DNA of 64,000 nt from positions 2,799,060-2,863,059 of the forward strand of contig CM082583.2 in NCBI GenBank assembly GCA_040954595.2. The letters run 5' to 3'. Below, one piece after another: positions 55,669 to 64,000 of the stretch. How positions within the stretch are numbered: position 1 is the stretch's first letter; each line of letters starts with the position of its first letter. The notes under the pieces are model-generated. The model did not search any database. It saw only the letters and a list, made by a program, of their open reading frames with translations, and was not told the origin of the DNA. A program made the position numbers and the translations under genes. This DNA is from Balanoglossus misakiensis (lineage: Eukaryota; Animalia; Hemichordata).

Positions 55669-58600
55669 TGAAAACCGTGTAAGTGAATTTATCAAAAATG
55701 AGAAAATACAGAAATTGTCAAGTACATGATTATTAGTGTCAAAAAGATTTTATTTGCAAGTTAAAATATGAGCCCCTAACCCTCTCCTCTCTCTCACGCA
55801 CGCACACACACAAACTTGAATATGACTATTATGACCAATTTTTTGACAATGGAAAGCACTGATATGACATAAAATGTTATCAAAGCAAGTAAACAATTTC
55901 AATGATGCAAAAAGAGAAACATCAAATATGTTATTTAAGAAAATTTCTGACATACATACATAATAACATACATGAACACACACACACCTTCTAAAGTTTA
56001 TGTCTTGTAAGACTATTGCTATTCTCATTATAAATGCCACAACTTTCACAATTGTCCACAAGACACTGTCTACTACAATAGCCCAATTAACACTTTCACC
56101 ACCATAGTTCAGTCCAAACCTAATGGTTTCTATGGTAAGGTTGGCACTCTATAGGGGGAACTGGGGGTGAAAGGGTTCAAAATGTGGTGTCAACCTTATT
56201 CATCCAACATAATGATTGTCAAAAGCTGACATAGACACCACTTTATGTATGTATACATGTACATTATCAATATCTACAAAGCTGCTTTCTCTGTAATCCA
56301 ATTGGAGTGCTGACATTTTAAAATAATTGTTTACCGGTATTTGCAAATGAGGAAGAGCATGAAATATAGAATCTGCAATTTCATGAATATGGATGTATGC
56401 ATGATTAAACAAAGTTTATAAGATATACTGTAAAATGGGACATTTTTTGTGAACTAAGGGAGAGCCAACAAAACGCTAAAATAAAGAGTCGTGTAAAAAT
56501 GTTTTTCTGAAATAATGATGCAGTGGAATACGAGAATGCGAAAATGAATCATCAAGAACAGTTGCCTCCTTTGATATCGTGATAATTTCCCATTTTACAG
56601 TAGTTCTAGCTTGTCTTACAGCAAAGCATCTTTTACCAATAGATCAGACCCGTACCTTATTCATGAAGTCTACTGGCAGCAGTGCCATCCATTGAAATAC
56701 AAGTACACAACATGAATTTCGGTGGATTACAATGGCATATTGCTGACTTGAAGCTGCTTTCAAATATGCAAACTGACAATTTTGTTGAAAACAGGGAGAT
56801 TAATTGGTCAACATGTATGACTACAGAAATGAGCGTACTAGTGTTACAGTGACTTTAATCATGTATCACATTGGGTTACCACATAGATTTCACAAAGAGA
56901 ACTTTGAACATTAGGTATAAAATGACACTGTGTTCATAATTGCTATCATTCTGCCAAGGATCCAAATACAATATGACGATATTGCACTCATTATGAATTA
57001 TTAGTGTGGAGAAAACAGCAGCTTCCACTGATATGCAATCTGGGTATTTCAAAATACTTGCAATCTTGTATCATTGTTTTAGAACGATTCCAAGAATCTG
57101 CCCACTGTCTTTCAGCGACATCTCCAAAACACAGAAACACTTTCAATCTACATGTGTGACTTCATGCTAAGCTTGCAGCATTTAGAAGAGAGTTTGATAA
57201 GCAAAAAAGAATTCATTTTATATTGCACTACCACCTTGAAAGGGAAAAAGCGCATCTATTTCTCTCCAGATCAGAACGAACACTGATGAACAAGAAAATT
57301 GCCCCCAAAAATGCAGTACTCAAAGAAAGGTAAGTGAATATTATCTTCAAAGGCTGCACAACTCAATTGATCTGAATCATGCTGAAGAATGACCAATATA
57401 GCATACCACAGCAGTCAGCTGATAAGACAAGCTGGCTAGGACTTTTGGTAACCCATGCAAAAAAGTGCCATCCTCATAACCCATCACCAACCTCTCGCAA
57501 CCATCATGTTATGTGGGGAGAAGAAAATGACTTTTTTATTAGTAAAACTCTTGGGTGCTATTTATGATTCTGTAGTCTGCTTTTGTTGTTTCTCGTTGAT
57601 GTTTGGCAGTGTCACTTGGTATTTACATAGACATTCAATTGGTCATCTCATAGATCACTGCACATGTAAGCAATGCCCTGGGTATCACTTTCAGATGTGA
57701 ACACTATGAGGGCGATGGGTGGCGCTAATGTCTGAGTGCACACTTTGCGGTATTTTCATAAAAATCTTATTTTTATACATCTTACATTTTTATTTATGCA
57801 ATCCCATAGTGTTGAGCTGTAGTGCATTACACTCCTGTCAATGTGGGGTTCTGCCAAAGCAATCTGGGAGATGGAAATTTGGCCATTTAAGCCCATTTCC
57901 CTATATATCGTTCCAATGAAAACTGCACTGATGAAAAGGCATTAGTTCAGCAAAATTACAGAAGGCGGAAAAGCTACAGCAATGCAAAGAAGGTAATGTT
58001 GGTTAGCTAGGAAGATGACATTTCTGATTGAATACAAAGCATAAACATGAAGGCAAAAGGATATCAGTTGGTTACTTTTATGTACAAAAAAAACATGTAT
58101 ATTAAAAGAAAACAGAGGTTTGTCTCCAGTACAACACCTACATAATATGTCTAGAGAGCTAGCTTGTTTGTAGTGTCTTCAGGAGTTGGCATGTACTGTA
58201 AACATGGTACAACCATCTATTTTATGTTCCTTCATACACTAGGAAACTGGTTGAAATACCAAGTGAATAATTCAATGATAGACTGTTTGACTCAATGCAA
58301 ATTAATTACACTGCCAATGGTACCAGACATAATTTCAGTTATGTCTGTATAATATGTATACATGATTAGAGCTAACAGCTATGAAGATGGCAAAATCAAT
58401 GAATCATAAACCTTGGGTCATATTAACCACTGTCTGTACTCTCAAATCAGCAACACGACTGCTGAAAATATAAATAAAAATATACCTTTTTTTTTTAAAT
58501 CTTGGCTGCCTGCAGAAAGCCAGTGTTTTAGCTCAGAACATGATTGGAGAGAAGGGGAGTGTGGGCAACCTCTCTTGCTGAACTAAAAAAAGCAATACAA

Positions 58601-58691
58601 TAAAATTTTACAAGCGTTTGTAAAAACTGAGTAAAAATCCCTTCTCATGGAGATTTAGGACAACCAAGGTGATTAAAATGAGCTATAAAAG

Positions 58692-61600
58692 CTACAATCG
58701 ATCTAATCGAAATGAGTCTTCTGTTGCGGGGTCAGTAATAACATCATTGTCTGATAACATCTGCAAACCATCCAAATCTAGCGGGTCTAAACCTACTTTC
58801 AACACTTCCTCTCCAGGAAAAAGTGGGTCAGAGTCAAATCCTACAGCCATTCCAACCATCGCGTTGCTTATGTCTTTAGCAAAGTCTTGTGGGGGCGACT
58901 CTCCAGCACCTACAAATACACAATTATACAAACATAAGGACGGACCATTCGTTCTATCTACTCAAACATGTAGAGTTTATATTTTTGTGCAGAACTGCTT
59001 ATCAGGGTCATTTCATTGTGGGCTGAAGGAAAACGATCAATAAAAGTGGATGAGATCAGTGAACCTTGACTCCAGCAGGGTACCATGGCTAATTCTTGTC
59101 AACCCTTGGTACTAAAACCTGCATCTAGAAACTGAAGAGTAGACTGACCTGTAAAAATGATATCAGGAATACCACTGCTCTGTGAATGTTGTTGTTGTTG
59201 CTGCTGCTGTTGTTGTTGTTTCTGATGGACATGTTGATGTTGTTTATGCTGTTGCTGCTGGTGCTGAAGTTGGTGTGTTGGAAACGTTGTTGTAACCTGA
59301 GTTCCATACATCATTTCATTCTACACAGATGAACACATAGATGTTACAGTCACAAGTCAAAATTCAGTTGATTGCCAAGTATTTGTTGACTTTACTTATG
59401 GGGATAATCTGCCCCTTTGGGAAGGTGTAAACACCTTCAACTCTTAACACTGCATCAAATTAGCAAGCATAATACAATTGCACAGATACCTCTTATGCAA
59501 TGGTGTGCTGGGACAACTTAAGGAGTATCGCGCCTCGATCATTTTAGTTGTTTGCGCAGGTTTCTGCACAGAGTGTAAAAAGTTAAATTTTATTTCCAGT
59601 GTTTTTCAAACAAAGTTGTAGTGTAGTGCTGTGAGGTTATTTTAATACATACATCATGTATTTATTAAATTTGGAACTGCAATACTGATGGTTGCTATAG
59701 CAACCAAACCCTTTTGCATATTCTGAGCTGTTGAAAATGTCCAAAAGCCATGTTTAACTTCCAGTGTCTCACAAAGTTGTGTGGTGACCTCCTATTTTTT
59801 TTGCCTTAAATTGATTTGATATATTTCAAACCAGGTATCTAAAATTTTTTAAAAAAGGTTTCGTCTAGAAGTGGCAAAAAACTTGTATAAAAGTGGATTT
59901 TTAGGCAATTCTGTGTTTAATTTAACAGTTGTATTGATATACGATTATCACACTGAACAAGATTAAATCTCAAAATTGCTAAAAATAAAATATTCAGTAA
60001 GTTTACATTCGATAATGGTGAAAAAAATATGAGGACCCTCCCAAAATACTTATTTATGAAGCCATTTTTCAAAGATCTATAAGCACTGGCAAAAGCTTAA
60101 AGACGTGCTAGATAGAGGGCGCTTTCCCCAAAAATCTAGTGGGTTGGCCCTCCACTTTTATTCCATAGATTAAATGTTTAGAAGTCAAAGTATCATCAGT
60201 GTAAATTTCAACATGACCTTTTATTTCGAGGTGCGTAACACCTTAAGAATGCTGTATAGCGCCCACACATAGCTTTTGAACAACTTCTTTTGTTTTCCAA
60301 ACAACACTGGTCATTTTCTATTACTTCTACGATACAGCTACCAGTATAAATCGTCAAGTTTCCTTGTCGGAAGCGACTCTCTGAGCTCCCTGTTTACACG
60401 AAACTATTAGGCTATGCCAACTGTCCTTTCATGCAATAAATAATATTATAATATACCTGATCCTAATACTGTGCCGTGATTCGCCAGAATCCGTCACGTG
60501 ATAGGAAAATAGAATCGACTATGAACCGCTAGGGAAATAGCAGAAAAAATATAAACCGGTCACGTGACCAGCGTGAGTGCGCAGACTCGGTCACATCAAT
60601 CAGCGTCGCGTCGTCTGACACAATGGCCACCGCTGAAGATGTCGTCTGCCAGCCTCAAGAGAAAATTGCAAGATTTTCCCAGCTGTTAGCATGAGGTTTA
60701 TTATAAAACACCTATAGCCTGGCCTATATTCGGGCCATAGCAGCCGTTTTTACCCCCTCGTGACTGTGAGTTACCAGAATCATATGCTATTTCCCGAGGC
60801 CGCAGGCCGAGGGAAATAGCATATGATTCTGGTAACTCACAGCCCCTCGGGTGTAATAAACGGCCGCTATGGCCCTCATGGCCAGGCAATAGGTGTTCAT
60901 TCATAAGACATTTGGTAGCAATGGTAGTCCTACTTACATGTTGATATGGCAAAGATACAGCAATGGTAGTAGGATTATGACTTGATGTTTGAGGCATGTC
61001 AGGCATCATGTTAAACTGCTCAAACTGATGTTGAAGTGCATTGGTTTGCTGCTGTTGTAGGTAATAGGCATCAGCAAATGGCGAGTTACTACCCAGTTGT
61101 ACTGCTGATGGTGATTGAGACGGTGAGTAATTGGGGTTGGATACCGGTGATGTCGGTGACGAACATGATGTTGCATTAGTACTACACACATCTCTGTATT
61201 GGTTCAAACCAGCCTAGGAACAAAAGAAAAACATGAGACATCATTTGTATCCAAATAAAAGCAACCAATCCTTCAAACAGTGGAGTGTTCAATATTTGCA
61301 CAGTATATTCAAGTCTATTGCTTCTTATGCAAACTGATGTTGTGCATGTTTTCTTGGTATTTATGTCACATAAAGGACAGCCTTGTTCTCACTGTGTGGT
61401 TCTGCCAACATTGTAGGGTCGGTGTTTATTCCTGCAAATACAGGGGATTAGCCTGAAGAATCTGTGTGCATCCACAGTGACACGCTTGTTTTGGACATGA
61501 AAAGACTACTTTTTCACCTGTATTTAGGATGTGGCTTACCTGTGAAATTTCTATTGTAAGATTGTGACTTGGATGTTGGGCCTGTTGATTCTGTACTTGT

Positions 61601-62743
61601 GTTGGTTGTTGATATAACGAGTATTGTGTTAACCTGGCTTCTGTATCCACTGCTACACCCTGGTAAACAAAATCAAAACAAAAATATTTCATACACTGGT
61701 ACATGGGGAAATAGCTATAGTTGTAGCTTGTTTTGTATTTCTAACTTTCGTAATTTTTTCAGCAGTATTCAAAGCCTTCTACTCAGGCAAAGTCATTTCT
61801 TCCATTTTCAGATTTATGTATAATTTTGCATTTCGCTTTGCAATTTTAACGCATGGGTATTATGAGTGGCTGTACTGCCCTTACACTACACACCTAGAAC
61901 TTTGTCTTTGTTTGTTTTTCTCAGTCTAAGTGGTCACACTTCACATTATTTTTCTAAATTCTGATTGGCAGTTCAGTGTGATTGGCAGTTGTTATAGGTC
62001 ATTGTCAGCAGACTATAATGAGATTTAAAATCCCCTCTCTCTTGAGAAATTATTATTTTGGATGCATTCATTTGTAGTGAGCTAAACCATGCAGTGGGCA
62101 CCAAAGAGGTTGCACAACCTGTTTCTATATCATGTACCAAAGATGTCAAAGCTCAAGCTCTGGGCCATGGAGAGTGCCCTCATGTGACCTGGCCAGGGGT
62201 TAAAGGTAATTGGTCACCTATGCAAATTTAGCAACTGTTACCATGGCAAATTGAGATCTAGCCAATCATAGATTTTCAGTGGGTGGCACACGCAAAAAAA
62301 AGACCCCCACAATTGACGTTGTTGTGCAGTAACTTGTCACAGTTGGTTAACATCAGACAATTCACAGGAAAGAAAAGATAGGAGACTCGTGGACGTTGAA
62401 CTACAGACCATAAAGGGAGTCATTTACCTGTGAAACTGGACGCCTCCTTTGATTAGGTGTTATGGAAAGTGGACTTGGTGGTGTTGGTGGATGACGACGT
62501 CTCTGTGACTGGGGACTGTGTTGTTGTGGAGGTGAAGGTGAGCTGGTGGTTGACTGCTGTGGTGCCACACCTAAATGGTGAGATGTATTGGCTGTGTTGG
62601 CGAGATTACTAGAAGTCTGATCTTCAGCATCCAATGGAGTAGACAACGGTGACGGAAAGTGGAGATTGGTAAGATCCGGCAGTGAACCAGTGTTATTGGA
62701 GATTGGAATATGAACACCTGTATCTTGATCTGATGGGTATATA
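58692..62743 (-). CDS. CRTC1: CREB-regulated transcription coactivator (TORC), last five coding exons; 5' part lies beyond the window
   Basis: Exons 62743-62428 (IYPSD..TGSLPDLTNLHFPSPLSTPLD), 61659-61540, 61213-60938 (QQTNALQHQFEQFNM), 59320-59149 (poly-Q, IPDIIFT), 58909-58692 (LDPLDLDGLQML..DPATEDSFRLDRL*). Phases are consistent. Probably the single pro-ortholog of CRTC1/2/3. Confidence 0.95.
59522..60242. mobile_element. TTAA-flanked non-autonomous element (Kolobok-like) in a CRTC intron
   Basis: TTAA|GGAGTATCGCGCCTCGA..TCGAGGTGCGTAACACC|TTAA. Confidence 0.7.
60450..60860. mobile_element. Crypton-like non-autonomous repeat with a long terminal hairpin (60764-60842)
   Basis: Perfect arms CTGTGAGTTACCAGAATCATATGCTATTTCCC around GAGGCCGCAGGCCGA. 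Boundaries are approximate. Confidence 0.5.
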
Positions 62744-63021
62744 CTGTAGTGTACACATAAAATAAGGGGAGTTACTGGAGATTTACATAATACAGTAGAA
62801 CGTCGATTATCCGCATTGTTCGGCTATCCGAACTCACTCTGTGTCCCCCGAAAAGTCTACCTGTACTAGGCGTATACCTTGCTTAATCATTGTTTGATAT
62901 TCACGGCCCTCGCTGTCAAAGGAAGGCATCATACAGCACTTTCCTCTTTAAAAAAGTTATTTCTTTAAACAACATTACCGCTCATTAGCCTTTTGTTTGA
63001 ATGCTTAAAGTGATAATGATT

Positions 63022-63472
63022 TTTATTATACATCTAGTGCCGAGAACAATAGATTTTGGCGTGCAATAAAAAGCCGTACGGAACGGTACGTACGGAACGC
63101 ATGTTAAATAAGTCTTAAGTTTCAAGGCGCCCCAACTCACCGTGTACAGGTATGCGTTGTTATGCGGACGGTTTCAAGACACCCCCACTCCAACGCACGT
63201 GAACAAAAAAGAAAGATGGCTGCTCACTGAGTCAACTACATGTAAGCGGTTTTCGATCGATTGTATCGGCAATTGGGGCGTTTTGAAAGCCAAGTAACAT
63301 GCAACACAAGAACTAACGGAGATGTAAGATGTATAATAATAAGGTTATTACGAAAATACCGCAAAGTATGCACTCGGACATTAGCGCAGCACATCGCCCT
63401 CCGCTACGCGTCGGGCGATACTCGGCGCTTATGTCCTCGTGCATACTTTGCGGTATTTTCGTAATAACCTCA
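63022..63472 (+). mobile_element. Dispersed repeat: core bracketed by TTATTATACATCT/AGATGTATAATAA, plus a ~130-bp hairpin
   Basis: Hairpin AGGTTATTACGAAAATACCGCAAAGTATGCAC..GTGCATACTTTGCGGTATTTTCGTAATAACCT (63342-63470); sister copy at 33912-34263. Confidence 0.65.
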
Positions 63473-64000
63473 TAGTATCCTCAGGTATGAATCATTTGGA
63501 TACAATCGCAAGAGGTGTGAAAATAAACAGCTCGACAATGGCACGGTTCGTCAGCCGCAAAGCTTTGCCAGCCTTGCTAAAAGGTTGCGACCGATGGTTG
63601 GTTTCTTCTTTAAACGTTCGCGGCATTTTGTCAAAATTTGAAAGTGATAACTGGTTCGGTAGAAATGTTTAAAAACCCTTGGGTTTTGGGAAATATTACC
63701 ATTTGTAATGCCAGTAGTGATCTGCCGGGAAACATCGAACCGACCGACATTGCTCTGCTTCCGCCATTACTGTCTATGCCATCATGGCTATGTCATGAAG
63801 CGAGCGTCACGTGCTCGACCTCACATCGTCATTCTTTTATTTTTTTTCAACTTTCTCATAATTTTACTTAATACAGTATTTAAAATCATCCAAATTTACT
63901 TAGAAATAAAAATAGAAAGGAAAACGATGTGTCTTGTCTACTATGGTACGGGTTTATGCATGCGTGAGATGTGACCCCGCCCCCTTAAGTTTGCGTATCC

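Noticed and set aside
60701-60937. C-terminal extension of the 168-aa ORF 60701-61207
   Set aside because: Read-through past the GTAAGT donor at 60937 into an intronic repeat.

Overview
Eukaryotic, intron-rich, AT-rich genomic DNA from a marine invertebrate. A non-vertebrate deuterostome such as a hemichordate is my guess from gene and repeat style; this is not proven. Most short ORFs in the supplied track are noise, so genes were rebuilt by hand from GT-AG exons with phase checks. Host genes: (1) a 5'-incomplete, >=1121-aa MACPF pore-forming-family gene (+, 13 exons, 2738-10566) with an unusual TSP1 / coiled-coil / MACPF / PAN-apple / beta-rich tail layout; (2) a doubly frameshifted SVEP1-like VWA + C-type lectin pseudogene (+); (3) a complete 5-exon MYDGF gene (-, 162 aa, ends KTEL) with an ERSE-consensus element just upstream; (4) a Largen/INSYN1-family (DUF4589) ORF (-); (5) the last five exons of CRTC (-). 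Mobile DNA is dense. It includes a tandem Helentron-type (HINE) array, a decayed Neptune-like Penelope element, and a young Hydra-clade-like Penelope element inserted in a (TATG)n tract as a head-to-head inverted structure with a microhomology template jump. There are also many MITEs with 3-, 4-, 5-, 6-, 8-, 9- and 10-bp TSDs, some nested up to three deep. No tRNA, rRNA or CRISPR was found. Family names come from recalled motifs, not from database searches.
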